In this document: positions 29,990 through 42,079 of the stretch, in pieces
Layout: every line of letters begins with the position of its first letter
How positions within the stretch are numbered: the first letter of the stretch is position 1
From: Acidobacteriota bacterium
Lineage (GTDB): Bacteria; Acidobacteriota; UBA890; WLXD01
NCBI GenBank assembly: GCA_965205505.1
Contig: CBDBHB010000009.1
Coordinates: 448,001 to 512,000 of the forward strand
DNA length: 64,000 bases
Direction of reading: 5' to 3'
Program-made: the position numbers and the translations under genes
The notes under the pieces: model-generated
Told to the model about the DNA's origin: nothing
Seen by the model: the letters and a program-made list of their open reading frames with translations, nothing else
Database searches by the model: none

Positions 29990-30520
29990 TCATATCCCGA
30001 CAACCTCGCTGCGGCGCTCGAGCAGCACGACGTCGCGCCACTGTTGTCTCAGCTCTCCCAACCGATACCTCGTGCCTACCCGTCGAAATCCACACGCCTC
30101 GTGTAGGCGTAGGCTGGCGTCGTTCTCCGGAAAGACGCCGGCCTGCAATGTCCATACGCCGGCTCGCTCGGAGGCTTCGATGAGGGCATGAAGCAACCTC
30201 GATCCGATGCTGTGCCCCGGCGCCGCTGCGGACACATAGACGCTCACCTCAGCAACGCCGCGGTACACCGGCCGCTCGGACACACGGCTCAGCGCGGCCC
30301 AACCGATCACGCGATGGTCGGTGCGTGCCACCAGCCGGCAGGCTTGCAGATGAGCTCGGTCCCAGTCGGGCTCGGACGGAACATCCGTCTCGAACGTCGC
30401 GTCGCCCGTGGCGATGCCTTCGCCGTATATCTCGCGCACAGCCCCCCAATCAGCCGGCGACATCACCTCGATCGATAACGCCGCCGGCTCGCCCCGTGAG
30501 ACACGCGTCTCGCTCATCAC
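29990..30520 (-). CDS. GNAT N-acetyltransferase (phosphinothricin acetyltransferase-like)
   Basis: IY.EGI..GDATFE, EVSVYV, N.ASL.LH..CGFR.VG and WRDV motifs. Confidence 0.85.
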   Translation of the reverse strand: MMSETRVSRGEPAALSIEVMSPADWGAVREIYGEGIATGDATFETDVPSEPDWDRAHLQACRLVARTDHRVIGWAALSRVSERPVYRGVAEVSVYVSAAAPGHSIGSRLLHALIEASERAGVWTLQAGVFPENDASLRLHEACGFRRVGTRYRLGELRQQWRDVVLLERRSEVVGI

Positions 30521-30557
30521 CTGACCACCCCGACGGGCACCAACGCTCCCTCTGCTT

Positions 30558-30873
30558 TCACGCCGACCCGTTCTGACGCTCCCTCAGATACAGGTATCCG
30601 GGCAGCGCGCAGGAGAGGCCAATCAGCAGGTTTACGAGGATGTAGGGAATCGGATTCGGGCCTTTCCCTCGTTGCTGCTGCTTGAACATGAAAACCCAGA
30701 ACACCGCGGAAGTGATGAGCAGATCGGCGGAGAATCCACCGGCGGCGCCGTTCGCAAAAAGAGCGGCGATGAAGTTCGGAAGGGCGACACCCTGGGTCGA
30801 GAAAAACTGGAAGAAAGAAGTAAAAGGGGATCACCGCTCCGGCGATCGCGAAGGCCAGGTACAAGGTTCTCAC
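30558..30873 (-). pseudogene. DUF2834-like membrane protein, frameshift near 30815
   Basis: LYLAFAIAGAVIP..., then in a shifted frame FIAALFANGAAGGFSADLLI...IGLSCALPGYLYLRE. Confidence 0.65.
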
Positions 30874-30978
30874 TTCAAACTCCTTGGCGTTCTGTCGTCT
30901 GGTTGCTCATCGGCCGCGCACGCCACTCCGGCGATCAGCAGGGCGGGCGCCAGACCGACCCTGAGGCACCGCATGCGG

Positions 30979-31452
30979 TCAGAACGTCGCACAGACATGG
31001 GTCTCCTCCCACAAGACGGATCGGTGGTTGAAGCGCTGCTTGATCTCCGCGATGACTACATCCACCGCCTCGACGAACGAATCGCGCTCGGCTAATGGGT
31101 GCAGGATCACGATCATGCGGCCAGCGCTGGTGCCGCTGCCGCCGGCGCCCCGCTGCCACCAGCCCCGTGTTTCGAGCACCGTCGCGCCGCCGGGGAAGCG
31201 GCGGGTGAGTACCTCGTTCACAAGCTGGTCCCAGCGCGCATCTGCGGCTACGTCGGTGTTGCGGCCACTCATGTACAGCGCCGCCCGGAGGTAGGGCTCG
31301 AGCGGTGCGGGGCATGTGAAGGGTGGTGTGTCGGCCGGTAGGCTTCGCGGTGGTGTGCTGGCGCAGGCGGCGAGTAGGGGGGCGATCGTCATGAGCGCCG
31401 CCAGGCGCATTCGTCTGGACGCCGTCGCTCGACGCTCGCAGCCGCGCATCAT
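30979..31452 (-). CDS. DUF3574-like lipoprotein
   Basis: Lipobox LAAC; W..LV.EVLT.RFP.GATV....G.W; F..RSVL motif. Confidence 0.65.
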   Translation of the reverse strand: MMRGCERRATASRRMRLAALMTIAPLLAACASTPPRSLPADTPPFTCPAPLEPYLRAALYMSGRNTDVAADARWDQLVNEVLTRRFPGGATVLETRGWWQRGAGGSGTSAGRMIVILHPLAERDSFVEAVDVVIAEIKQRFNHRSVLWEETHVCATF

Positions 31453-31486
31453 TGTGGTGCTTCGTGGCGTCGGCGCTGTCGGGGGC

Positions 31487-33226
31487 TCAGGCGCGCCATC
31501 GAGTCTCGCCTCCCACCACGGTCCGCACCACGGCGATCTCCTTAATGCCGTCCGGGTCGACGTCGTGCGGGTCGGCGCCGAGCACTACGAAATCGGCCAG
31601 CTTGCCGGTGCTGATCGAACCCTTGAGGCTCTCCTCGAACGAGGCGTAAGCACCGTGCATTGTGCAGATCTTCAGCGCCTGGTCGACGCTGATGCGCTGA
31701 CTCGGTCCCCAGACACGGCCGTCGTAGTCCTTGCGCGTCACCATGCTCTGGATCGCCATGAGCGGCTCGAACGGGCCGGGGGTCCAGTCGGACGCCGGCG
31801 CCACCGGAATGTCGTACTCCAGGAACGAGCGGTGGGCGAACATCCACTCCATCTTCTCTTGCCCATACTCGACCCACTTGTGGCCGTGGAAGTGGGCGTA
31901 GGTGTAGAAGGGGGCGGGGATGACGCCGCCGTCCTTGATGCGCTGCAGTAGATCGGGGTTCACCAGCGAGCAGTGCTCGATGCGATGCCGTGTATCGTCA
32001 CGCGGCCATAGCTCCTGCACGCGCTCGTACGCTTGAAGGACCATGTCGATGGTCACATCGCCGTTGGCGTGAATGGCCAGCTGCCAGCCGGCGCGGTGGG
32101 CGTCCTCCACGGCCTCGTGGATCTCCTCCTGCGACATGTACAGGATGCCGTAGTCGTCGGCCCGTCCCATGTACGGCGTGCTCATGCGCATGGTGCGCTC
32201 CGACGCTGAGCCGTCGGCGACGTACTTCACCGGTCCGAGGCGTAGCCACTCGTCGCCCAGGCCGCTGCGAATGCCTGATGCTCGGAAGCTCGGGTAGGCG
32301 TTGGCGTTGGCAAACAGGTTGGCGCGGAAACCGAGCTCTCCGGCCGCTCGGGCGTCCTGGAAAGCAATGAATGCGGCCGACCCGACGCCGGCGGCGTGCA
32401 CCGACGTCAACCCGGTGGCGTTCATCAGCTCGGAGATGAGCCTCACCGCCGCCTGCCGCTGCTCGCGGCTCGACGGATCGGGAAGCAAAGCCTGGAATGG
32501 GTCGAGGGCGGGCCCGGCAAGCCTGCCGGTGAGCTCACCATTGTCCCGATAGATCGTGCCGCCGCGCGGATCCGGCGTGTCGCCGGTTATCCCGGCGGCG
32601 TCGAACGCAGCGCTGTTGACCACCGCGGTGTGGCCGCCTCGGTGGCCGACGAACACCGGATGGTCAGGCACCTTCTCGTCGAGGTCACGGCGATCCAGCG
32701 GGCGCCCTTCGCTGAGCTTGGTGTCGTCGTACATGAAGCCGACGACCCACTCGCCCGGCTCGGTCTCTCGGGCTCGTGCTGAGAGCGCATCCTGAATGCG
32801 CTGAATGCTCCCGAGGTTGGTATCGACGCTGATCAGTGCCGCCAGACCACCCCAGAGCGGGTGTGAGTGGGCGTCGATGAAACCCGGCGTGACGCACATG
32901 CCAGAGGCGTCGATCACTTCGGTGCGCGGCCCGATCAGGTTGGAGACCTCGTCGGTGCTGCCGACCGCGACAAACCTGTCCCGGTGAACAGCGAACGCCT
33001 CGGCGAGCGGCTGCCGCGTATCGCCGGTGAGCACGCGACCGTTTGTGACCACGAGATCCGGCCTCATGCGCGACCCCGTGCCCGGTGCCGCGCCCTGACC
33101 TGTACTTGTGCCGCTCGCTCCGCTGGTACGGGCGCTGGCGCCGCGGCCCGTTCCGATTGTGGCCGCGGCCGCTGCTGCGGCGGCAGCACCGAGGCCGAGG
33201 AACGCACCGCGAGTCATATCCGTCAT
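31487..33226 (-). CDS. Amidohydrolase_3 (YtcJ-like) with Tat-like signal
   Basis: PGFIDAHSH, K...DGS, IHANGD, RIEH and SDW motifs; N-terminal TRGAFL. Confidence 0.85.
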   Translation of the reverse strand: MTDMTRGAFLGLGAAAAAAAAATIGTGRGASARTSGASGTSTGQGAAPGTGSRMRPDLVVTNGRVLTGDTRQPLAEAFAVHRDRFVAVGSTDEVSNLIGPRTEVIDASGMCVTPGFIDAHSHPLWGGLAALISVDTNLGSIQRIQDALSARARETEPGEWVVGFMYDDTKLSEGRPLDRRDLDEKVPDHPVFVGHRGGHTAVVNSAAFDAAGITGDTPDPRGGTIYRDNGELTGRLAGPALDPFQALLPDPSSREQRQAAVRLISELMNATGLTSVHAAGVGSAAFIAFQDARAAGELGFRANLFANANAYPSFRASGIRSGLGDEWLRLGPVKYVADGSASERTMRMSTPYMGRADDYGILYMSQEEIHEAVEDAHRAGWQLAIHANGDVTIDMVLQAYERVQELWPRDDTRHRIEHCSLVNPDLLQRIKDGGVIPAPFYTYAHFHGHKWVEYGQEKMEWMFAHRSFLEYDIPVAPASDWTPGPFEPLMAIQSMVTRKDYDGRVWGPSQRISVDQALKICTMHGAYASFEESLKGSISTGKLADFVVLGADPHDVDPDGIKEIAVVRTVVGGETRWRA

Positions 33227-33364
33227 TGAAGCTCCTCACTCGGATTGGGCAAATAACGTATCGGCACCCTGCTAGGCTTGCACAGCTGGGCTGCCCCAGC
33301 CTCTCCGCTACCAGGAGGGCGCGTCAACCGAGGCGCGGCAGCGGATTCCTGACTCAGGACACTA

Positions 33365-35044
<1,680 letters not shown>

Positions 35045-35102
35045 GCGGACTCAAAATCCGGTGGGCTTACGCTCGTGAGGGTTCGAGTCCCTCCCTCGGT
35101 AC
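35045..35102 (+). tRNA. tRNA-Leu(CAA) 3' fragment (att-site-like; 5' acceptor and D-arm absent)
   Basis: Anticodon arm cgga-ctCAAaa-tccg, long variable arm, T-arm gagggttcgagtccctc, acceptor 3' strand cctcggt-a. Confidence 0.8.
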
Positions 35103-35114
35103 TTCTATGTTGTT

Positions 35115-35352
35115 TTATTTATTGAGGTTACGGGTCGCCTCCATACCCGTCTCCACAATGTCTCCAAAACGAGGGCCACTTTCGGGCCCTTCGAGCAGCC
35201 GTATTGTCGCCTCGACCGCTGCCGGAGACAGGTGCATGTAGCGCTGTGTTGTGCCCAGGTGGGCATGCCCGGCGAGCTCCTGGATGGCATGCACAGGCCC
35301 ACCCCTCATCGACAGATGCGAGCAGAACGTGTGCCTGAGGATATGCACCCCC
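35115..35352 (-). pseudogene. Tyrosine recombinase/integrase C-terminal fragment
   Basis: HILRHTFCSHL...IQELAGH..LGTTQRYMH (HxxR...H...Y). Confidence 0.85.
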
Positions 35353-35633
35353 TCGTGCTCGAGGTTGGCGCGAGGATTTTCGCGACGGTCGAGGCTGAGG
35401 CTGGTCGGCTTCGGACCTTCCACTGCGCGAAGTGCGGCTCACTCGGCTTCCGGCTTGGGGGGTACGGGCGCGGCACCCGAAACTACTGCTCAAAGCCCTG
35501 CAACCGTTCGCACATCCCCGCGATCGATGCCGAGGCGAGCCCCGAGCGCTTCGCAGATACTGCGCTGACCCGAGATTGCCAACGAGCATCGAACCGGCTG
35601 CGCACCGCTATCGAGTCATTGGCGGCGATATAG
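35353..35633 (+). pseudogene. Zinc-finger (CxxC...YCSxxC) protein fragment
   Basis: FHCAKCG...RNYCSKPCNR; no independent start visible. Confidence 0.4.
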
Positions 35634-36151
35634 GGCGACCGGATTCGTAACTCGACCGCCCGATCGCAAGCGGCTAGTAACAATCTCGAACGCGGGACTC
35701 CGACACCCCCCGGTACCCCTGCCCTCGGACGCCCGGCCATCCGTTGCGGGCTCTCGGCGCCGACGGCTCCGATCCGCTGGATGGGGCGAGAGCGGGTGCT
35801 ATCGTGCTACCGAGCCGACCAGGCGCGTGGGTCACCAGGGAGCTTTCGTCGCTTCCCAGCAGTCAGCAGGTGCGCCGCCCCACAACCAATCCTGCAGGTC
35901 CGTGACGTGGGGCCGACAGCGAAAACAGGGCCGTTTCAGGGGCGCAAACGGTCTGAGACGCTCTCCATAATCGTCGGCCCGTAGACGAACCCTTTAGTCA
36001 TGGGTACTTACGTCGCGATCTCTAGTTTCCACATCGGTAGTTATCATTAGAACCCCAGATCCGCACGGGCCCGGCGATCGTACCTGGTCAGCCCTACTGC
36101 GACCGAGCTTGCGATTGCTACGTGACCTCCGTGGACGCACGCGGTTGCCGA

Positions 36152-36457
36152 TTATCGCTCGACCTCCGCATGGCCATCCGGCCGCGAGCGGGCCTCGTCG
36201 GGTTCGATCACTAGGCGAGCACCGATCGCATCCATCAGCTTCAGCAGCGTTTCGATGGTCGTTACGCAGCGCCCGGTTACATATCCGTGGATCGAGCCCA
36301 TCGACCGGGTGAAGTTCCAGGCGTCGAGAAGGTCTGAGTATGAACGGCGGCCCTTTGCATCTAAAAAGACGCGGGACAGATCGACCGGCTGTCGGATCTC
36401 GTAACGGAGCCCTATCTGAGGTTTCTCCTGGGGCAGATTCGCAGGATCGCGCAGCAT
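36152..36457 (-). CDS. Small putative HTH regulator
   Basis: C-terminal TIETLLKLMDAIGARLVIEP resembles XRE/antitoxin tails. Start uncertain. Confidence 0.4.
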   Translation of the reverse strand: MLRDPANLPQEKPQIGLRYEIRQPVDLSRVFLDAKGRRSYSDLLDAWNFTRSMGSIHGYVTGRCVTTIETLLKLMDAIGARLVIEPDEARSRPDGHAEVER

Positions 36458-36791
36458 CTTGATACTCCTCGCGTCCCTGCGGGGCTTGGGATTTCTGGCA
36501 ATGCGGCCGCCAGATGAACGGGCCAAGTATCTCGCGGCGGCGAGGCGGAATGAAGCGGCGGAGGTCGGCCGCCTACCTGCGTGGATGCAAGGCGAACGGC
36601 CGAATCCGGGGTTTGGCCGAATCCGAAGACTCTGCGGCGTTGGAATGCCCAGGGTTGCTTCGCGGGTCTGCTCCTCGACCTGTGCAGCCCGTCGTGGGCA
36701 ATATCCTTCCACTATTGACCTGACCCCACGGTTAGTACCACGTCTTATCTCAGTAACTCGGTGCTTGACCCCACCCCGAAATCAGTACCAG

Positions 36792-37646
36792 TCAGAGGTT
36801 TAGGATTCGGTGTTCCGAAGCCTCCGGTTGCCAGCCCCTGGCGAACTCCGTAGGAGTTCGATCGTTCAGTGAGCTGTGTGGTCTGTGGGTATTGTAATCA
36901 AGCCTCCAAGCCTCCAGTTTTCGGCGCGCGTCATCGATCGAGAAGAACAGGTTGGCGTTGAGGCATTCGTCGCGAAGCCGTCCGTTGAAACTCTCGATGA
37001 ACGCATTCTCCACGGGCTTTCCCGGCCGAATGAACTCCAACTGCACGCCTCTTCGGTACGCCCAGGAGTCCATCGCCTGGGAGTAGAATTCTGAGCCATT
37101 ATCGACGGTGATGACCCGTGGCAACGGCCCGGCAAACGACAGCCGCTCGAGTGCTCCAGCCACCGCCTTGCCGGTCATCGACACGCCCGGCTCAAGTAAC
37201 GGACATTCACGGCTAAACTGATCGACCACCGTCAGCACCCGAAACGGCCGGCCACTCTCGAGCCGATCGGTCACGAAGTCCATGCTCCAGCGCTCGTTGG
37301 GCCGCTCTGCGGGCGGCAGCACAAGCCGTATGTGACTCGCCCGCTTGCGCCGTCGCTTTTTGGTCCGTACCTCCAGCCCCTCCTCTCGATAGATCCGATA
37401 CACGCGCTTCTGGTTCACTACCCATCCCTCGCGGCGTAGCAACACGCACAACCTCCGATACCCGAACCGCGGACGCGCCGCGGCGAGCTCGCCAAGACGA
37501 CGCCGCAGCACGGGGTCGTCCGTCCTTGTGCTCTGATACCGATGGCTGGTGCGCGACAACTCGATCAGCCGACACGCTCGACGCTCACTGACACGGAACC
37601 CGTCCTGCAGGTACCGCACCACCTCGCGCTTGCGCGCCGGCTTCAC
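36792..37646 (-). CDS. IS3 OrfB DDE transposase
   Basis: WSMDF, VDNGSEF and [17 protein letters not shown] motifs. Confidence 0.95.
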   Translation of the reverse strand: MKPARKREVVRYLQDGFRVSERRACRLIELSRTSHRYQSTRTDDPVLRRRLGELAAARPRFGYRRLCVLLRREGWVVNQKRVYRIYREEGLEVRTKKRRRKRASHIRLVLPPAERPNERWSMDFVTDRLESGRPFRVLTVVDQFSRECPLLEPGVSMTGKAVAGALERLSFAGPLPRVITVDNGSEFYSQAMDSWAYRRGVQLEFIRPGKPVENAFIESFNGRLRDECLNANLFFSIDDARRKLEAWRLDYNTHRPHSSLNDRTPTEFARGWQPEASEHRILNL

Positions 37647-37909
37647 ACCTTTTTTGACAGCACCTCCTGGAGCATGTGCTTGTCCAAGCTCAGATCTGCC
37701 ACCAGCTGCTTCAACTTCCGGTTCTCATGGCGGAGTTGTCGTAGCTCCCGAAGTTCGGCCACGCCCATCCCGGCGAACTTGCGGCGCCACGTGTAGAACG
37801 TCTGCTCGCTGACGCCCAGCTTGCGACACACCTCCTTGATCGGCGTGCCCGCCTCAGCCTGCCGCAGCGCGTAGGCGATCTGCTCGTCCGTGTACCTCTT
37901 CCGCTTCAT
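37643..37909 (-). CDS. IS3 OrfA (HTH + leucine zipper)
   Basis: KRYTDEQI...[18 protein letters not shown]...[12 protein letters not shown]. Confidence 0.95.
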   Translation of the reverse strand: MKRKRYTDEQIAYALRQAEAGTPIKEVCRKLGVSEQTFYTWRRKFAGMGVAELRELRQLRHENRKLKQLVADLSLDKHMLQEVLSKKV

Positions 37910-37986
37910 CTGTCCTCCTGCTTGGAGGACGACGGTACACCGATTTCCTAAACATCAACCTGGCACCGTTTTCGGGGTTTGGGTCA

Positions 37987-39188
37987 CTGGTCCGCCCTTC
38001 TCAAGAGCCGAGTACGCGGAACGATTGCGTCGCGTTCGAGAACGCATGGCGCACGACAACATCGACATGCTGTTGGTCACCATGCCCGAGGGCATGTGCT
38101 ACCTGCACGGTCTGCAGGTGAACTGGTATCAGCAGAACGATGGCAGGTCGAGGATGCTGAACGTGACCGCCGTGCATGTCGATCACGACAAGCTGATCCT
38201 CTTCGACAGCCATGCCGAGATCATGGCAACGACGTCCGTCGCCGAGGACATCCGCCCACCAGGCGGCGGCGCCCAGCGCTACGAATCTGTGGCCAAGGAG
38301 CTGAAGGCGGAAGGCTGGCTCGAGGGCACCGTCGGGCTCGAGTACTGGAGCTATCGTCCCAACCCGGGAAACTGCAAGCGCCTGGAGGCGGTGTACGAGG
38401 CCCACGGTTGCACCCTGGTCGACGGCTCCGACGTCTTGTCCGATGTGCGGGTGCAGAAATCGCCGGCGGAGATCGCCGTAATGGAGGAGGCCGGACGTAT
38501 CTGTGACCTCGGACTGCAAGCAATCACCGACAACCTGCGCCCCGGGGTCACCGAATTGCAGCTCTACGGGGCGATGATGCAGGCGATGGCAGATGCCGGT
38601 GGCGAGACCGCCGGCCTGTTGCAGGGGGTGAAGGCAGGCGGTTGCAAGTTTCTCCACGGCATCTCATCGACACGAGTGATCAAGCAGGGCGATCACGTCG
38701 TCGCCGATATCTGCGGGGTCAAACACCGATACCACACCAACACCTGCCGTGGCTGGTATGTCGGGGATCCGCCGGCAGCGCTGGTGGACATCTACAAGAA
38801 GAACGGCCACGCGTCGCAGGTGCTCCTGGATACCGCCAAGGCGGGCACTCCGGTCGCAGAGCTCACCAGGGCTCTACGTCGTTACTACAAGGAAGTCGGG
38901 GTGTGGGAGATGAAACAGAAGGGCGTGTTGCCCGGTTGGACCGGCGGCTACGAGCTCGGCCTCAGCTTTCCACCCAGTTGGGTCGGTTGGCATGGCTTCG
39001 CGGTCACCGACACGGACGTTCAGTCCACGTCTAGCCGCAGGCCCTACACCGCGTTCCAGGAGCGCCAGATCAGCAACTACGAGAGCTTTGCGACCGGCAG
39101 CACGGCGCTAATCGACACCTTTGTCTTCGAGGCCGACAGTGCGCGAGCGCTGACGGACGTTCCGGCGGAGTTGATCGTCGTCGGCTGA
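37987..39188 (+). CDS. M24 family hydrolase (ectoine hydrolase/creatinase-like), native start removed by IS3
   Basis: PFSRAEYAERL..VR..M, KSPAEI and GYELGLSFPP.W motifs. The ORF's first 32 codons lie inside the IS. Confidence 0.75.
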
Positions 39189-39368
39189 TCCATTACCCGC
39201 CGGGATGTGTATCATCGGGTCAGTGCGTCAGAGGGCGAGCCGCGGAGCTGGCCTCACCCTTGCCAGACGCCCGTTCGCGCGTACAATCTGCGCGCGAGCC
39301 GCTGTCGCGACCGACGCCAGCCGGTATCGCTACCAACGCGACTCATTGCGAACGATCGGAGGTGGATC

Positions 39369-40502
39369 ATGTGGGTTCCCGAAGCGCTCCGTTCTTTGCC
39401 CATCGTCCTGACGGCCCTGGCCGTGGGGGCATGCGGGGGCGACGCCCAGCCGGAAGCTGGCACCGACTCGACTCCCTCTGTCGATCCTGCCGAGGTCACC
39501 GACCCAGTGCTGGGCGGCAACCTACCGAACCCAACTTCGGAGGTGATCAAGGGCTGGGGACCCCTGCCCGATGGGCGGTCGTGGGGGTCTACCGCGGGGG
39601 TGGATATCGATCCTATCGACGGGCACGTCTGGGCCTACGATCGGTGCGGCGCGTACGCCCTGGCCGGAGGCTGCGACGTCTCCGACGTCGACCCCATCCT
39701 CAAGTTCGATCGCCATACGGGTGAGGTCCTGGCCAGCTTCGGTGCGGGACTGTTCGTGCTGCCTCACGGGATTCACGTGGATCGGGAGGGCAACGTCTGG
39801 GTTACGGATTCGATGGGGAACGAGGCCGGGACCAAGGGACATCAGGTGATCAAGTTCAGCCCCGAGGGCGAGGTCCTCCTGACCCTGGGTCGGCCGGGCG
39901 TGAAGGGCAGCGAGCCCGACCTGCTGAGCGAGCCATGCGACGTGATCACCGCCCCGAACGGAGACATTTTCGTTTCGGATGGGCACAGCGGCCAGAACGC
40001 CAACCCTCCCGAGGGGACGACGGGCCGCATCATCAAGTTCAACGAGGACGGCGAGTACATCACCGAGTGGGGACGCATGGGCTCGGGTGCGGGTGAGTTC
40101 CGTACCCCGCACGCGCTTGCCTTCGATTCGCAAGGCCGGCTCTTCGTCGCGGACCGCGGCAACCACCGCATCCAGATCTACGATCAGGACGGCAACTACA
40201 TCGATTCGTACGATCAGTTCGGTCGCGTCAGCGGCCTGTTCATCGACGACGACGACACTCTGTACGCCATCGACTCCGAGTCCAGCCCGAACAGCCACGC
40301 CGACTGGTCCACCGGTATCCGGATCGGGCACGCCTCTCGTGACGAGGTGACGGCGTTCGTGCCTCCCCACGAGTCCGAGGACCCACAGGGCGAGGCTGGC
40401 GAGGGCGTGGCCCTGGACGCGGACGGCAACATCTACGCAGCCGAAGGGCCCAATTCGCGTGATGCGGCCGAGGGGGGCCTGACGAAGTACATCCGGCGCT
40501 AA
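39369..40502 (+). CDS. NHL-repeat beta-propeller lipoprotein (PAL-like)
   Basis: PHGIHVD.EGNVWVTD, FVSDGH and PHALAFDSQGRLFVADRGNHRIQ motifs; lipobox. Confidence 0.85.
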   Translation: MWVPEALRSLPIVLTALAVGACGGDAQPEAGTDSTPSVDPAEVTDPVLGGNLPNPTSEVIKGWGPLPDGRSWGSTAGVDIDPIDGHVWAYDRCGAYALAGGCDVSDVDPILKFDRHTGEVLASFGAGLFVLPHGIHVDREGNVWVTDSMGNEAGTKGHQVIKFSPEGEVLLTLGRPGVKGSEPDLLSEPCDVITAPNGDIFVSDGHSGQNANPPEGTTGRIIKFNEDGEYITEWGRMGSGAGEFRTPHALAFDSQGRLFVADRGNHRIQIYDQDGNYIDSYDQFGRVSGLFIDDDDTLYAIDSESSPNSHADWSTGIRIGHASRDEVTAFVPPHESEDPQGEAGEGVALDADGNIYAAEGPNSRDAAEGGLTKYIRR

Positions 40503-40620
40503 CGGCCACGGGCCGACCTGTAGTTACAGAGATCCGATCGCGCCTCGTTGGGCCGCAAGGGGGCGATAGCCCCTCCCGTGGATACCGGCGTGCCCCGCAT
40601 GCCACCCCGGATCATGTTCG

Positions 40621-42036
40621 TCACGATCGATGCACGATGACCATCTTGAGCTCGGTCATCTCCTGCACCGCGTAGCGGGGCCCCTCCTTGCCCAACCCGC
40701 TGTCCTTGAGTCCGCCGTATGGCATGTGGTCGGCGCGGAACTGGGTGCCGCCGTTGATGTTGAGGTTCCCCGAGTCGACCTCGAGCGCGAATCGAAGGGC
40801 GTTGTCGAGGTTCTCGGTGAAGATCGCTGCCGACAAGCCGAAGCGGGTGTCGTTGGCGAGCGTGATCGCCTCGTCGATATCGGCGGCGGGAGTGACGCCC
40901 ACCGCGGGGCCGAACAGCTCCTCTCGCGAGAAGCGCATGTCCGGCGTGATGTCGGCCAGGATCGCCGGCTGAACGACGCCGCCATCTCTGCCGCCGCCGG
41001 TGACGATGCGGGCTCCCGCGCCGACCGCCTCGCCGATCCAGCTTTCGACCCGCACCGCATCGCCCTCGCGCACCATCGGTCCGACGTTGACGGTGTCGTG
41101 CATCGGGTCGCCGGTGGCCAGCGCCTCCACTTTCGGCGTCAAGGCGTCGAGATAGTCGCCATAGACCGACTGGTCGACGATGACGCGCTGGGTCGAGATG
41201 CACACCTGGCCGGCGTTGGAAAACCCGCTCATCACCGTGGCGGCAGCCACTTTGTCGAGGTCAGCGTCGGGCAGCACGATGAGCGGCGAGTTGGAGCCCA
41301 GCTCCATCGTCACTTTCTTCAGTCCAGCCGTGCACATGATGTGCTCGCCTACCTCCTGGCTACCGGTGAAGGTCACCTTGCGCACGGCCGGGTGCGACAC
41401 TAGCGCGTCGCCGATAGTGCCGCCGGAGCCGGTGAGGCACTGGATCGCCTCGGGCGGCAGACCGGCCTCGAGCAGTACCTCGGTCAGCTTCAGGGCCGAC
41501 AGCGGCGTGTCGCTGGCCGGCTTGATCACTACGGCGTTGCCGGCCGCCAGCGCCGGGCCGACCTTGTGGGCCACCAGGTTGAGCGGGAAGTTGAACGGTG
41601 AGATCGCCACCACCACGCCCACCGGTACCCGGATCGTGAAGCCGAACTTCATCTCGTTGCCGGGGGCCGCGTCGAGCGGAATGGTCTCGCCGCCGAGGCG
41701 TTTGGCCTCCTCGGCAGACAATGTCAGGGTCTGGACGCAGCGATCGGTTTCGAGCAGTCCCTCAGGGAGGATCTTGCCCTCCTCGCGCGTGATCGTCTCG
41801 CCGAAGTCCTGGCGGCGTGCTCGCACCAGCTCCGCAGCCCGCATCAGAATCTCGTAGCGCGCGTAGGCGCTCAGCTGGCGCATGGCGCGCGCGCCGCGCT
41901 CGGCGCTTTCCATCGCCTTGTGGACGTCGCCGAGCGTGGCCGCGGGAACCGTGTCGAACGCCTCGCCGCTGTACGGGTTGACGACATCCATCGAGGCGTC
42001 GCCGCTGATCCATTCGCCGCTGACGTGCATCTTCAT
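40621..42036 (-). CDS. Aldehyde dehydrogenase
   Basis: PFNFP, FTGS, MELG, NAGQVC and EELFGP motifs. Confidence 0.92.
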   Translation of the reverse strand: MKMHVSGEWISGDASMDVVNPYSGEAFDTVPAATLGDVHKAMESAERGARAMRQLSAYARYEILMRAAELVRARRQDFGETITREEGKILPEGLLETDRCVQTLTLSAEEAKRLGGETIPLDAAPGNEMKFGFTIRVPVGVVVAISPFNFPLNLVAHKVGPALAAGNAVVIKPASDTPLSALKLTEVLLEAGLPPEAIQCLTGSGGTIGDALVSHPAVRKVTFTGSQEVGEHIMCTAGLKKVTMELGSNSPLIVLPDADLDKVAAATVMSGFSNAGQVCISTQRVIVDQSVYGDYLDALTPKVEALATGDPMHDTVNVGPMVREGDAVRVESWIGEAVGAGARIVTGGGRDGGVVQPAILADITPDMRFSREELFGPAVGVTPAADIDEAITLANDTRFGLSAAIFTENLDNALRFALEVDSGNLNINGGTQFRADHMPYGGLKDSGLGKEGPRYAVQEMTELKMVIVHRS

Positions 42037-42079
42037 GGTCGGTCCTCTCGCTCGCTCGGTTTTAGTCGCAGATCGCGGC

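Larger units (their letters stand above)
36766..37986 (-). mobile_element. IS3-family insertion sequence
   Basis: Imperfect TG...CA terminal IRs (tgaccccaccccgaaatcagtaccag and tgacccaaaccccgaaaacggtgccag), orfA and orfB, A6G slippery site near 37649-37655. Confidence 0.92.
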
